This document shows positions 1 to 9,637 of a stretch of DNA of 64,000 nt, piece by piece. The stretch covers positions 544,001-608,000 of the forward strand of contig OY969696.1 of NCBI GenBank assembly GCA_963702005.1, written 5' to 3'. Each line of letters begins with the position of its first letter. Position 1 is the stretch's first letter. The position numbers were made by a program, and so were the translations under genes. Origin of the DNA: Candidatus Aminicenantes bacterium (lineage in GTDB: Bacteria; Acidobacteriota; Aminicenantia; Aminicenantales; JAFGBC01). Below the pieces are notes generated by a model. That model was given only the letters and a program-made list of their open reading frames with translations. It made no database searches and was not told where the DNA came from.

Positions 1-1027
1 CGCCCTCTTCGAGGGTCATCGTCAACCTGAAGATCTCGGGATCATCGAAGATGGCATAATTGACGGAGATCGTTCCGGCGCGATATCCGGCCGAGCCGGC
101 CATGAGCCGCCCGGCCAGGACCAGGAAGGGCGCGAAGTCGGCGCTCCCGGACGCCGGCGCTCTGAACGCGAGACAGACAGCCGGAGAGGGCGGGACGCGG
201 ATTCGGCCGAGACGAAGAGTCCGCGGCATCGAAGATTGAGGCGGGCCGGGCTCGGCCGGCCCCGGGGCCTCTTCGCCGCCGGGAATATCGGAGAAATAGC
301 GGTCGACCATCCGCCGGACCCGATCGGGCTGAAACGAGCCGGCCGCGACGAGGATCGCGTTTTTCGGTTTATAGTAGCGGCGAATCCTGTCGAGGAGCGC
401 CGTCCGGGAGAGCTTCGAGATGTCTTCCGGCCGTCCTCCCTTCCGTCCCCCCGCCGGCGCCGGCCTGAGCGACTCTCTGGCTGCGTTCATGAGGGCCAGC
501 GTCGGCACGGCCTCATACATGTTCTCGAGCTCGACCATAATCCGCGCTTTTTCCCTCTCGACGTCGGCTTGGGACGGCTCGAGTCCGGGCATCCGGGCGG
601 CGGCTTCTTTCAGCTCCCGCTCCAGGTCGGCGGGGTCGAACACGGTGGCGATGACGGTGTACTTATCGCCGGTCTGGGCGTTCCAGCCAAGAGGGTAGCG
701 CCGCGCGAAATCATCGGCGCTCCGGCCGGGATGGAGACCCGCCGCCGCCGTCACCAAGAGGTGTTCGATGAGATGGGCCGTGCCCGAGGCGCGCGCGGGG
801 TCGTGGTCCTCTCCGATCGAGTACAAGACCACGAGAGCCGCGCTCCGGCCGGCCGGGACAGGGGCGAGCAGAACCTTGAGGCCGTTGGCGAGCGTCGTCC
901 GGTCGACCGGCCCCGCGACGGTTTCCCTCGGGGCGCGCACCTGAGCCAGAATCCCGGCCCCAGCCGCCAGGATGAGAAAGACGACGGGGATGAGGGGAAC
1001 GAAGATCGTTTTTTCCCTACGGCTCAC
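1..1027 (-). CDS. M16 family (insulinase/pitrilysin-like) zinc peptidase, exported; runs off the window start
   Basis: Manual translation from GTG at 1027, overlapping the smpB stop: MSRREKTIFVPLIPVVFLILAAGAG (signal peptide)...TTLANGLKV...SGTAHLIEH. Contains the inverted zincin motif HxxEH. Not in the ORF track because it is open-ended. Confidence 0.8.
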   Translation of the reverse strand, partial: MSRREKTIFVPLIPVVFLILAAGAGILAQVRAPRETVAGPVDRTTLANGLKVLLAPVPAGRSAALVVLYSIGEDHDPARASGTAHLIEHLLVTAAAGLHPGRSADDFARRYPLGWNAQTGDKYTVIATVFDPADLERELKEAAARMPGLEPSQADVEREKARIMVELENMYEAVPTLALMNAARESLRPAPAGGRKGGRPEDISKLSRTALLDRIRRYYKPKNAILVAAGSFQPDRVRRMVDRYFSDIPGGEEAPGPAEPGPPQSSMPRTLRLGRIRVPPSPAVCLAFRAPASGSADFAPFLVLAGRLMAGSAGYRAGTISVNYAIFDDPEIFRLTMTLEEG

Positions 1028-1476
1028 TTCCATCCCCTCTTGATCTCGGCCCGGATTTCACGCTCGGTGTCCCTCTTCTTGATGGCGGCCCGCTTCTCGT
1101 AGAGTTTTTTCCCCCGGGCCAGCGCGATCTCGACCTTGATCCTGCCCTTGTCGTTGACGAGAACCTTGAGGGGGATGAGCGTGAATCCGCGTTCCTTGAT
1201 CTTTCCGATCAAGCGCCGGATCTCGCGGCGGTGGAGAAGAAGCTTCCGATCCCGGAGCGGCTCATGATTGAAGCGGTTGGCCGCCTCGTAAGGGCTGATA
1301 TGGCACTTGACCAGGAAGACCTCATCCCCCTTGACCTCGGCGTAGCTTTCCTTGAGACTGACCCGGCCGTCCTTGACGGACTTGACCTCGCTGCCCAGCA
1401 GGGCGATGCCGGCCTCGAAGGGCTCGATGATTTCGTAATCATAATAAGCGGCTTTATGAGTCGCGATGACCTTCAT
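1024..1476 (-). CDS. smpB: SsrA-binding protein SmpB
   Basis: HKAAYYDY..EAGIALLGSEVKS..RKLLLHRREI..LARGKKLYEKR motifs. Confidence 0.97.
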   Translation of the reverse strand: MKVIATHKAAYYDYEIIEPFEAGIALLGSEVKSVKDGRVSLKESYAEVKGDEVFLVKCHISPYEAANRFNHEPLRDRKLLLHRREIRRLIGKIKERGFTLIPLKVLVNDKGRIKVEIALARGKKLYEKRAAIKKRDTEREIRAEIKRGWK

Positions 1477-2735
1477 CGGCCGTCCTCCGCGGCCGCCTTG
1501 AGCCGGAGCCGGATGAGGCTGATGTGGCGCTTGTTCATCCGCTCCGCGGTCAGGACGTACTCGCGCGCGTCGAGGACGTCTCCCTCGTGGGGGATCCGTT
1601 CGTACTCAGAGAGGAAGAAGCCGGCCAGGGTCGTGTATTCCTTCCTCTCCGGAAGTCGGACGGGCAACCGTTGGTTGACGGCCTTGAGAGGGGCCGCCCC
1701 CGCGATGATGAAAGTCGACCCGTCGATCGCGCTGAACCATTCCTTGGTCCTGGGGTCGAATTCGTCTTGAATATCTCCGACGATCTCCTCGATGATGTCC
1801 TCCAAAGTGACGATGCCTTCCATATTCCCGAACTCGTCCACGATGAAGACGAGGTGGACGGAGTTCTCCTGCATCTGGAGGAGGACCTTTTCGATCGAGG
1901 CGGACTCGGGAACGAAGAACGGTTTTCGCAGCAAGGAGGCCACATTAATATCTTTATTATCAACAAGATACGGAATCAAGTCGCGCGAGTGAAGGACGCC
2001 CTCGATGTTGTCCAGGCGGCCCCGGTAAACCGGGAATCTGGAGTGGGGCGAGGCGAGAACGGTCTCGACGATCTGAGCCGGGGCGAGCGCCGAATCGATG
2101 GCCTTGACCTCGGGCCGCGGGATCATGATCTCCTTGACCGCCCGGCTCCCGATGTCCAGGGTCTCCGATATCATTTTCTTGCGGAGCGTCGAGATTCCCC
2201 GTATCCCGGTCGAGAGCAGGAGCTTCATTTCCTCTTCGTTGAGCGTTTGCGAAGGCCCGGATATTTTGGACTGGGGGAAGAGGAGGCCGGTCATAAAGGT
2301 GAAGGCCTTGACGATAGGGTATAAGATGAGGGCGAAAAGCTTGACCGGATAGGCCAGAAGAAAAGCGACCTTGAGGGGATGATAGGCGGCGAAGGTTTTG
2401 GGGTTGATCTCGCTGAAGACGAGAAGAAGGACGGTTGTCGTCAAGGTCGCCAAGAAGACGGCTTTGTTTTTATTGTCGGGGAAAAAAGAGACGAACAGGA
2501 AGGTGGCGACCGAGGCCGACGCGACGCTGACGATCGTGTTTCCGACGAGGATCGTGGCCAAGAAACGGTCCACCCGCGCCAGGATCTTCTGGACGATCCG
2601 GGCCCGCGCGGATCCCTTCTTGACCAGGGAATCGACCGCGTAGGGATTCACGGCGATGAAGGCGGTCTCGGACGAAGCGAACAAGGCGCCAAGGAGCAGG
2701 AAGAAGACGAACAAGAGCAGGGCCGGCAGGATCAT
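1473..2735 (-). CDS. HlyC/CorC (CNNM/DUF21-CBS-CorC) family membrane protein
   Basis: FASSETA, EINPKT, tandem CBS (HSRFPVY, VDEFGNMEGIVTLEDIIEEIVGDI), C-terminal YTTLAGF. Start reassigned to ATG 2735 (MILPALLLF), just after the carD stop. Confidence 0.9.
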   Translation of the reverse strand: MILPALLLFVFFLLLGALFASSETAFIAVNPYAVDSLVKKGSARARIVQKILARVDRFLATILVGNTIVSVASASVATFLFVSFFPDNKNKAVFLATLTTTVLLLVFSEINPKTFAAYHPLKVAFLLAYPVKLFALILYPIVKAFTFMTGLLFPQSKISGPSQTLNEEEMKLLLSTGIRGISTLRKKMISETLDIGSRAVKEIMIPRPEVKAIDSALAPAQIVETVLASPHSRFPVYRGRLDNIEGVLHSRDLIPYLVDNKDINVASLLRKPFFVPESASIEKVLLQMQENSVHLVFIVDEFGNMEGIVTLEDIIEEIVGDIQDEFDPRTKEWFSAIDGSTFIIAGAAPLKAVNQRLPVRLPERKEYTTLAGFFLSEYERIPHEGDVLDAREYVLTAERMNKRHISLIRLRLKAAAEDGR

Positions 2736-2743
2736 AGGACCGG

Positions 2744-3262
2744 TTAGACTTCGACGCTGGGCTTGCGGACTTTGAAGCAGTCCGCCAGGGAGCGGAGGAC
2801 CTTGCGCTCGACGTAGGTCTCCGACAAGGCCGAGACCTCCGACAGCTCCGAGACGATCATCTCCTTGGCTTTTTCCATCATCTTTTTCTCGCGGAAGGAT
2901 AAAGGTTTCTGGAGGTTGAGATAGAACAGGCACTTGAGCACGAAAGCCAGGTCGAAAATCGTCCCCGTGTTCATAAGCTGGAGGTGTTCTTTATAGCGAT
3001 CCTTCCAATCGGGCGTCACATCGACCGGGCCGCTCTTGATGAACCGGAACAGCTTTCGAACGGCCGGGGCCGCGATGAGCTTGCGGATCCCCATCTCGCG
3101 GGCCGTCGCCCAGGGGACGAAAATCTTGGTGTTGTTGGAGATAAGCCTCAGCAGGAAAACACGGTTGGAGTCGCCGGCGAGTTCCTGGTCCTGGATGTCC
3201 TCGATGACGGCCAGTCCTTGGTTCGGGTAGATGACCCGCTCGCCGATCTTAAGGGAATCCAT
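2744..3262 (-). CDS. carD: CarD family transcriptional regulator
   Basis: LKIGERVIYPNQGLAVIEDI...GIRKL...WKDRYK...LSFREKKM..KAKEMIVSEL. Confidence 0.88.
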   Translation of the reverse strand: MDSLKIGERVIYPNQGLAVIEDIQDQELAGDSNRVFLLRLISNNTKIFVPWATAREMGIRKLIAAPAVRKLFRFIKSGPVDVTPDWKDRYKEHLQLMNTGTIFDLAFVLKCLFYLNLQKPLSFREKKMMEKAKEMIVSELSEVSALSETYVERKVLRSLADCFKVRKPSVEV

Positions 3263-3270
3263 GGACCTAC

Positions 3271-3299
3271 ATTATAAGGGAATCGGAAGGGTACGTCAA
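3271..3299 (-). promoter_or_regulatory. sigma70-type promoter of the carD operon
   Basis: TTGACG-17 nt-TATAAT on the minus strand, 8 nt before the carD ATG. Confidence 0.7.
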
Positions 3300-3334
3300 C
3301 CTGGGAAGCGTTTCCGGGGGGAACGAACTCTCGC

Positions 3335-3363
3335 TTGACAGATCGACGCGGGTCTATTACCAT
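3335..3363 (+). promoter_or_regulatory. sigma70-type promoter of the rpmH operon
   Basis: TTGACA(3335-3340)-17 nt-TACCAT(3358-3363). Confidence 0.65.
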
Positions 3364-3396
3364 ATCCTCTCAATTCTCGAGGAATAGGGCACGATT

Positions 3397-3531
3397 ATGA
3401 AGAGAACGTTTCAACCCAACAACAGGAGACGGAGGAAAACTCACGGTTTCCTGGTCCGCATGAGCACCAAGGGCGGGCAGAAAGTCGTTAAAGCCCGGCG
3501 CCAGAAAGGCAGGAAGAGAATTGCCGTCTGA
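3397..3531 (+). CDS. rpmH: 50S ribosomal protein L34
   Basis: Manual translation [44 protein letters not shown] (44 aa, below the ORF-track cutoff); the stop overlaps the rnpA start. Confidence 0.97.
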   Translation: MKRTFQPNNRRRRKTHGFLVRMSTKGGQKVVKARRQKGRKRIAV

Positions 3532-3887
3532 TGAAAGAAACCCTTGGTCCTCGCGAGAGGATCCGCAAGAAATCGGATTTTTTATATTTATATAAAAAAG
3601 GCATCCGTCTCCAAAGGACGTATTTCAGCCTGATTTACCTTCCCAGTCCGTCGGGGCTTTCCCGGCTGGGCGTCGTCGCCGGCCGGAAAGTCGGGGAGGC
3701 CGTCGTCAGGAATCGGATCAAGAGATGGATGCGGGACACATTCAGGAGGAATAAAAGGCTCTTGGGAAGGCCCCTCGACGTCGTCGTCATTGGCAAGAAC
3801 GGAATCGCCTCTCTTTCAAGGCGGGAGTTCGACAGGCTGTTCTTCGAAGCCGTCGGGGCCATCAGGGATCGAGAAACGTCTTCATGA
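3531..3887 (+). CDS. rnpA: Ribonuclease P protein component
   Basis: RLGVVAGRKVGEAVVRNRIKRWMRD (RNR motif); synteny. Confidence 0.95.
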   Translation: MKETLGPRERIRKKSDFLYLYKKGIRLQRTYFSLIYLPSPSGLSRLGVVAGRKVGEAVVRNRIKRWMRDTFRRNKRLLGRPLDVVVIGKNGIASLSRREFDRLFFEAVGAIRDRETSS

Positions 3888-4093
3888 ATAAGCTGGCCCT
3901 CTTCCTGATCAGGCTTTACCGCCTGACGCTCTCCCCCCTTCTGGGACGTCACTGCCGGTTCGAACCAACCTGTTCCCTGTATACCTGTGGAGCGATCGAG
4001 AAGTACGGATTCTGGAAAGGCGTTTGGCTGGGGATGAAGCGCCTTCTCCGCTGTCATCCCTTCCACGCCGGCGGCTTTGATCCCGTGCCCTGA
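3884..4093 (+). CDS. yidD: Membrane protein insertion efficiency factor YidD
   Basis: CRFEPTCSLY...RLLRCHPFHAGGFDPVP. Confidence 0.96.
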   Translation: MNKLALFLIRLYRLTLSPLLGRHCRFEPTCSLYTCGAIEKYGFWKGVWLGMKRLLRCHPFHAGGFDPVP

Positions 4094-4105
4094 AAGGTTC
4101 AATAG

Positions 4106-5761
4106 ATGGAAAAAAGATTGCTGGTCGCCATTATCGTGTCGTTCCTGATCCTGGCCCTCTATCAGGTCTTTTTTATGAAAAAGGTCCCTCCGGCCGAGCC
4201 CGTTCAGACGGCCCAGGAGGCGACCTCTCAGACTGCAGCTCCATCCCCGGCCGGACAAGTCCAGGCCCAAACTCCTGCCCCGGCGGCTCAGCCCGCGGTC
4301 CAGATTCCGGTTCGGGCCGTATCGGCCGCTGCCGAAGAGGATATCATCGTCGATACGCCTCTGTACCTGGCCAAATGGAGCAACAGAGGGGGCGTCCTCA
4401 AGAGCCTTAAACTCAAGAAATTCCTGGATGATAAAAAGGAAGCCCTGGAGCTTATACCCGCCCGAGCCTCCGAACTCGGGGTTTTTCCATTTGGCCTCCT
4501 GACCGATGATCCCGGCTTCGACGGCGAAGTGAACAGTGCCCTTTTCAAGGCCTCGGTTCCCTCCTTGACCCTGAAAGAAGGGGATTCCGGCGAGCTCATT
4601 TTCAGCTATGCCGCCCAGGCTGGAAGCAAGGTCGAGAAATCCATTCTTTTCAAGGGAGGAACTTACGAGCTGGGCCTTAAGTTCGACATCCTCAAGAACG
4701 GGCAGAAAGCCGACGCCAAGCTTGTCTGGGGCCCCGGGATAGGCAACTATTCCGCGACAGAACTCAGGAGCCGGCTGGGGGCCGGAAGCGGGGCGGCCGT
4801 TGCCGTGGCCAACAAGGTCTTCCGGGTCAACGAAAAGAAATATAAACCGGAGCTCGGCTCCTATAACTTCGTCAACTGGGCGGCTTATGAGGAAAACTAC
4901 TTCGCGGCCCTCTTTTTCCTGCCCGGAGAGAACGGATTGGCTTCTTTCATTCAGAAAAAGAAAGAGTCGGACCCGATTCCCTACTACCTCCTGGCCGTTA
5001 CCCTCCCGGAAAAAGCCTATCTCGGTCCCAAAGAATACGAAGCCCTGGTCGCCCAAGGCCAAGGGGCTAAAAACCTGATCTCTTTTGGGTTCTTCGGCTG
5101 GATTGCCGAAATCCTGCTGCGGGGCCTCAAGCTCTTCCACGGACTCGTCCCCAACTGGGGCGTTTCCATTATCATCCTGACCCTAATCATCAAGATCATA
5201 TTCTTCCCCCTGACCTACAGCAGTACGAAGTCCATGGCCAAGATGCAGGAAATCCAGCCCAAGATCAAAGCGCTTAGGACCAAGTACAAGAAGGCCAAAC
5301 AGGATATTGCCCAGCGCCGCCAGCTCAACGAGGAAATGATGCGGCTCTACAAGGAGCACGGCATTAATCCGGCCGGCGGCTGCCTTCCCATCCTGGTCCA
5401 GCTTCCCGTTTTCTGGGGCTTTTTCAGGATTCTTTCGGTCGGCATCGAGTTCCGTCAAAGCCCCTTCCTGCTCTGGATAAAGGACCTGTCGATCCGGGAT
5501 CCCTACTATGTGACCCCCATCCTGATGGGCGCGACCCAGTTCATCCAGCAGAAGATGACCCCGAGCGGAGCGGACCCGGCCCAAGCCCGGATGATGCTCA
5601 TCATGCCCGTCGTCATGACCATCTTCTTCATGAATTTCCAGAGCGGGCTCGTCTTATACTGGCTGACCAACAACGTCCTTCAGATCGGCCAACAGGCCAT
5701 TATGAACAACATGATGAAGAAAAAGAGAGAGAGAGATGGACAGAGACCAACAGTCCGATAA
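4106..5761 (+). CDS. yidC: Membrane protein insertase YidC
   Basis: N-terminal TM, periplasmic domain, NWGVSIIILT, NPAGGCLP, GLVLYWLTNN. Confidence 0.97.
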   Translation: MEKRLLVAIIVSFLILALYQVFFMKKVPPAEPVQTAQEATSQTAAPSPAGQVQAQTPAPAAQPAVQIPVRAVSAAAEEDIIVDTPLYLAKWSNRGGVLKSLKLKKFLDDKKEALELIPARASELGVFPFGLLTDDPGFDGEVNSALFKASVPSLTLKEGDSGELIFSYAAQAGSKVEKSILFKGGTYELGLKFDILKNGQKADAKLVWGPGIGNYSATELRSRLGAGSGAAVAVANKVFRVNEKKYKPELGSYNFVNWAAYEENYFAALFFLPGENGLASFIQKKKESDPIPYYLLAVTLPEKAYLGPKEYEALVAQGQGAKNLISFGFFGWIAEILLRGLKLFHGLVPNWGVSIIILTLIIKIIFFPLTYSSTKSMAKMQEIQPKIKALRTKYKKAKQDIAQRRQLNEEMMRLYKEHGINPAGGCLPILVQLPVFWGFFRILSVGIEFRQSPFLLWIKDLSIRDPYYVTPILMGATQFIQQKMTPSGADPAQARMMLIMPVVMTIFFMNFQSGLVLYWLTNNVLQIGQQAIMNNMMKKKRERDGQRPTVR

Positions 5762-6386
5762 GCCCGAACTGGCCAAAGAGGGCCAGGAATTCAAAGGCAA
5801 AAGCCTTGAGGACGCCGTCTCCTACGCCGAGCACATCCTCAAGACGCCCCGCGAGGAATTCAACTATGAGATCGTCGCCGAGAAGACGAAGCTGTTCGGC
5901 CTCAAGAGCAAGGAGATCGTCATCAGAGTCTGGCCCAAGCAGGCGCCCGCCGAGGACAAGGTCGGGATCTTTCTGGAGGATCTCAAGAAGGTCTTTCCCC
6001 TCGAATTGACCTATCAGCTCCGGAGGAAAAACGACATCCTCTTCATCATCTTCAGCGGCGAAGATAAACATATGCTGCTTCGGAAAGAAGGTTCCCTCCT
6101 GCTGGCCCTCCAGCATATCCTCAACAAGCTCTCCGATCAGAAGGTCCAGGTCGATTGCGATTTCTTCCGGAAAAAGAAGGAAAAAAAGCTCTGGGAATAT
6201 GCCCAACAGGTGGCCCGCCAGGTTCAGGACACGGGGAGGAACGAGGTCCTCGACCTTATGAACCCCTACGAGCGCCGCATCATCCATCTCGCCGTGAACC
6301 AGGTCAACGGGATCACGACCGAAAGCCTAGGAGACGGGTTCCTGAAGCGGGTCAAGATCTATCCCGTCAATAAACCATCCCGTTAA
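5736..6386 (+). CDS. jag: Jag/EloR/KhpB RNA-binding protein
   Basis: Jag_N (FKGKSLEDAV), KH-like segment, R3H (MNPYERRIIH); synteny. Confidence 0.9.
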   Translation: MDRDQQSDKPELAKEGQEFKGKSLEDAVSYAEHILKTPREEFNYEIVAEKTKLFGLKSKEIVIRVWPKQAPAEDKVGIFLEDLKKVFPLELTYQLRRKNDILFIIFSGEDKHMLLRKEGSLLLALQHILNKLSDQKVQVDCDFFRKKKEKKLWEYAQQVARQVQDTGRNEVLDLMNPYERRIIHLAVNQVNGITTESLGDGFLKRVKIYPVNKPSR

Positions 6387-6390
6387 GCGG

Positions 6391-7761
6391 ATGGCCGATG
6401 ACACGATTATCGCCGTCTCCACTCCTCCGGGCTACGGAGGATTGGGCATTGTCCGGCTGAGCGGACCGTCGGCCCGCCGAATCGCGGCCGGATTCTTCAA
6501 GCCGAGATCGAAAAAAACCATTAAGTTCCCGCCCCGCGTCCCTATCTTAGGGGATATCGTCGATATCAAGACGGGCGGATGTCTGGACGAGGCCGTCTTG
6601 ATTTTATTTCCCGGGCCTCAATCCTACACTCGCGAGGACCTTGTCGAAATCACCTGCCATGGGAGTCCGGTCATCCTCGAAGAAGCGGTGCGCCTCGGCA
6701 TAAGAGCCGGAGCCCGGCACGCGCGCCCCGGGGAGTTCACCCGGAGGGCTTATCTCAGCGGGCGAATGGATATCATTCAAGCTCAAGCTGTTAACGACCT
6801 GATCATGGCCCGGTCGCTCGATCAAGTTAAGATATCCGTTCGCCAGCTCGGCGGGAGCCTATCCCGCAAGGTCGAGTCTCTCCGCGCCCGCATCCTGGAT
6901 ATTCTGGTGCTGATCGAGACTTCGATAGAGTTCCCGGACGAAGGCCCCGGAATCCCGGCCGCCCGGATCAGGGAATCCCTGGATGAAGCCGCCTTCGAGA
7001 TGGAGACGATGATCGAGAGCTATGACGTGGGCAAGACGCTCCTCGAGGGCCTGACCGTTGTGATAACCGGGAGGCCCAACGTCGGGAAGTCCACGCTTTT
7101 CAACGCCCTCCTTGAACAAGACAGGGCTATCGTAACGCCATATCCGGGCACAACCCGGGATTATCTGAGGGAGTCGCTCCGGCTCGGCAATTCTCTTTTC
7201 ACCCTGATCGATACGGCGGGGATGTCGACTTCGTCTCATCCCATCGAGAAGGAAGGCAGGGAAAGAGGCCGAAGGCTGGCGGCCGAGGCCGATGGAGTTC
7301 TTGTCCTCCTCGACGTTTCGCGGAAAGAGACGGCCGCGGACCTTGAAATCATCGAGGGGCTCAAGGGAAAAAAGGGAATCGTGGTCCTGACCAAATCGGA
7401 CCTCCCGGTCCGGGCCGATAAGGAGAAAATCAAAAAGAGGGCGGGCGCCTTCCCTTGCCTTGAGGTTTCCGCCCTGAAAGGTACGAATATCGGGCGACTG
7501 AAGCGCACGATCCGGGCGAAATTTGCCCCGGACCGAGAGGGAGGCGACGAGGTCGTTCTCCATCTCTACCAGAAGCTCCTCCTGGAAGAAATCAAGGCGG
7601 GGCTGGACAAAGCTCGGAGGCTTCTCGAGGAGGGGTTCACGGAAGAGGTCTATGTGGAAGAGGTTCGCGCCGTCCTTCCTTCCCTGGGCCGTATAATCGG
7701 CGAAATCGGAAACCGGGAAGTCATCGATTTGATTTTCAGCCGGTTTTGCATCGGAAAATGA
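6391..7761 (+). CDS. mnmE: tRNA modification GTPase MnmE
   Basis: DTIIAVSTPPG, GRPNVGKS, GTTRD, DTAG, C-terminal FSRFCIGK. Confidence 0.97.
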   Translation: MADDTIIAVSTPPGYGGLGIVRLSGPSARRIAAGFFKPRSKKTIKFPPRVPILGDIVDIKTGGCLDEAVLILFPGPQSYTREDLVEITCHGSPVILEEAVRLGIRAGARHARPGEFTRRAYLSGRMDIIQAQAVNDLIMARSLDQVKISVRQLGGSLSRKVESLRARILDILVLIETSIEFPDEGPGIPAARIRESLDEAAFEMETMIESYDVGKTLLEGLTVVITGRPNVGKSTLFNALLEQDRAIVTPYPGTTRDYLRESLRLGNSLFTLIDTAGMSTSSHPIEKEGRERGRRLAAEADGVLVLLDVSRKETAADLEIIEGLKGKKGIVVLTKSDLPVRADKEKIKKRAGAFPCLEVSALKGTNIGRLKRTIRAKFAPDREGGDEVVLHLYQKLLLEEIKAGLDKARRLLEEGFTEEVYVEEVRAVLPSLGRIIGEIGNREVIDLIFSRFCIGK

Positions 7762-7768
7762 GAGGGCC

Positions 7769-9610
7769 ATGAGAGCGGCGGACGTCTTCGATGTGATCGT
7801 CGTCGGAGCCGGCCATGCGGGATGCGAGGCCGCTCACGCCGCGGCTCGGATGGGCCTCGAAACCTGCCTGATCACGCTCCACCTCGAGACGATCGCCCAG
7901 ATGTCCTGCAATCCGGCCATCGGAGGGCTGGCCAAAGGTCATCTGGTGAGGGAAATAGATGCCCTCGGAGGGCTCATGGGAGCTCTGGCCGATGAGACGG
8001 GAATCCACTTTCGCCTTCTGAACCGGAGTCGCGGGCGCGCCGTTCAAGCGCCGCGGGCGCAATGCGATAAGGCGGCCTATCGTCATGCCATGAAGAGACG
8101 GCTCGAAACTGTCCCGAAGCTGAGGCTTCTACAGGGAATCGTCAGCGGGATATTGGAAAAGGGCCGGCGCGTCCAGGGAGTGATAACCCTGGACGGAGCC
8201 CGCCTAAAAGCTAAAGCCGTCATTCTCTCCCCGGGGACGTTCCTGAACGGCCTCATCCATATCGGCCTTAAGAGCTATCCCGCGGGCAGGGCCAATGAAC
8301 CTCCCTCCGTGGACCTGGCCCGATGCTTGAAGGAGTTAGGATTTAAAATATTTCGTTTGAAGACGGGAACCCCGATGAGGCTCGACGCCCGGACCATCGC
8401 TTGGAATAATTTCTCTCCTCAACCCGGCGACGAAAACCCCGTTCCGTTCTCGAGTCAAACGAAAGTGAAGCTTGAAAACAAGATCGTCTGCCACGCGGGG
8501 CGCACGAACGAACGGACCCATGAAGTCATCAGGAAGAACTTGGATAAATCGCCTCTTTACAGCGGGATCATCAAAGGCACGGGTCCGAGGTATTGTCCCT
8601 CGATTGAGGACAAAGTCGTCAAATTCTCCCATCATCCCAGGCATCAGTTCTTCCTCGAGCCCGAGGGGCTGGACACGGTTGAGGTCTATGTGAACGGACT
8701 GTCGACCAGCTTGCCCTATGAGGTTCAACAAGAAATCCTAAGGACCATTCCTGGCCTGGACGAAGCCGAAATCTTGCGACCGGGCTACGGAATCGAATAT
8801 GACGCCGCGGCGCCCGGCCAGATCAAGGAAACCCTGGAGTCGAAAACGATGGCCGGGCTTTTCCTGGCCGGCCAGATCAACGGCACTTCGGGCTACGAGG
8901 AAGCGGCGGCGCAAGGCCTTCTGGCTGGGATCAACGCCGCCCTGATGATAAAAGGGCAGAAGCCCTTCGTCCTTCGCCGGGATGAAGCATACGCCGGCGT
9001 CCTCATCGATGACCTCATTTCGACGGAAATTGAAGAGCCGTACAGGCTTTTCACCTCACGCGCCGAGTACAGGTTGAACCTTAGGATCGATAACGCCGAT
9101 AGCAGACTTACTCCGCACGGACGGCGGCTGGGCCTGATCGATGCCGCCGGTTGGGAGGAATTTCTGGGGAAGCAGGCCCGCATCAAAAAAGCCATGGATA
9201 GACTCCAGAAAGTCAGGATAAAAAACGACAGAAATGAAACGGTCAGCCTGAAAAGCCACTTAAAAAATCCGGGGATCGGTTTCGGAAGTGTGGTAGAATA
9301 TTTAAAATTTGACAAGACGCTCTCGGACGAAGAAATGAGACACATCGAGGCGGAGATTAAATACGAAGGATACCTCAAAAAGCAGGAAAAAGAGGTTTCC
9401 CGCCTCCTCAAAGCTGACCGCGTCAGGGTTCCGGCCGGCCTGGATTTCGAAAAAATTCCGGGACTCACGCGGGAGGCCGTCGAGAAGCTGAAAAAATTCG
9501 AACCTAAAACTCTGGGCGAAGCCAAAAAACTCCCCGGCCTGACCCCGGCCGCCATAACAAACCTCCAGCTTTTCCTTGAAGCGGATCGCGCGAAAGGGCG
9601 CCGGGCCTGA
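7769..9610 (+). CDS. mnmG: tRNA uridine-5-carboxymethylaminomethyl modification enzyme MnmG (GidA)
   Basis: GAGHAGCEAA, MSCNPAIGG, GPRYCPSIEDK, AGQINGTSGYEEAAAQG. Confidence 0.98.
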   Translation: MRAADVFDVIVVGAGHAGCEAAHAAARMGLETCLITLHLETIAQMSCNPAIGGLAKGHLVREIDALGGLMGALADETGIHFRLLNRSRGRAVQAPRAQCDKAAYRHAMKRRLETVPKLRLLQGIVSGILEKGRRVQGVITLDGARLKAKAVILSPGTFLNGLIHIGLKSYPAGRANEPPSVDLARCLKELGFKIFRLKTGTPMRLDARTIAWNNFSPQPGDENPVPFSSQTKVKLENKIVCHAGRTNERTHEVIRKNLDKSPLYSGIIKGTGPRYCPSIEDKVVKFSHHPRHQFFLEPEGLDTVEVYVNGLSTSLPYEVQQEILRTIPGLDEAEILRPGYGIEYDAAAPGQIKETLESKTMAGLFLAGQINGTSGYEEAAAQGLLAGINAALMIKGQKPFVLRRDEAYAGVLIDDLISTEIEEPYRLFTSRAEYRLNLRIDNADSRLTPHGRRLGLIDAAGWEEFLGKQARIKKAMDRLQKVRIKNDRNETVSLKSHLKNPGIGFGSVVEYLKFDKTLSDEEMRHIEAEIKYEGYLKKQEKEVSRLLKADRVRVPAGLDFEKIPGLTREAVEKLKKFEPKTLGEAKKLPGLTPAAITNLQLFLEADRAKGRRA

Positions 9611-9611
9611 A

Positions 9612-9627
9612 TGTTCCACGTGGAACA
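9612..9627. promoter_or_regulatory. parS centromere-like site
   Basis: Perfect 16-bp palindrome TGTTCCACGTGGAACA, matching the bacterial parS consensus, immediately upstream of parA. Confidence 0.93.
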
Positions 9628-9637
9628 TTGAGCGATT

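Noticed and set aside
236-1102. 288-aa plus-strand ORF, and the many other long antisense ORFs (e.g. 3635-5140, 12482-14062, 33725-35632, 62416-63846)
   Set aside because: Shadow ORFs opposite recognisable genes in high-GC DNA, with no motifs of their own.
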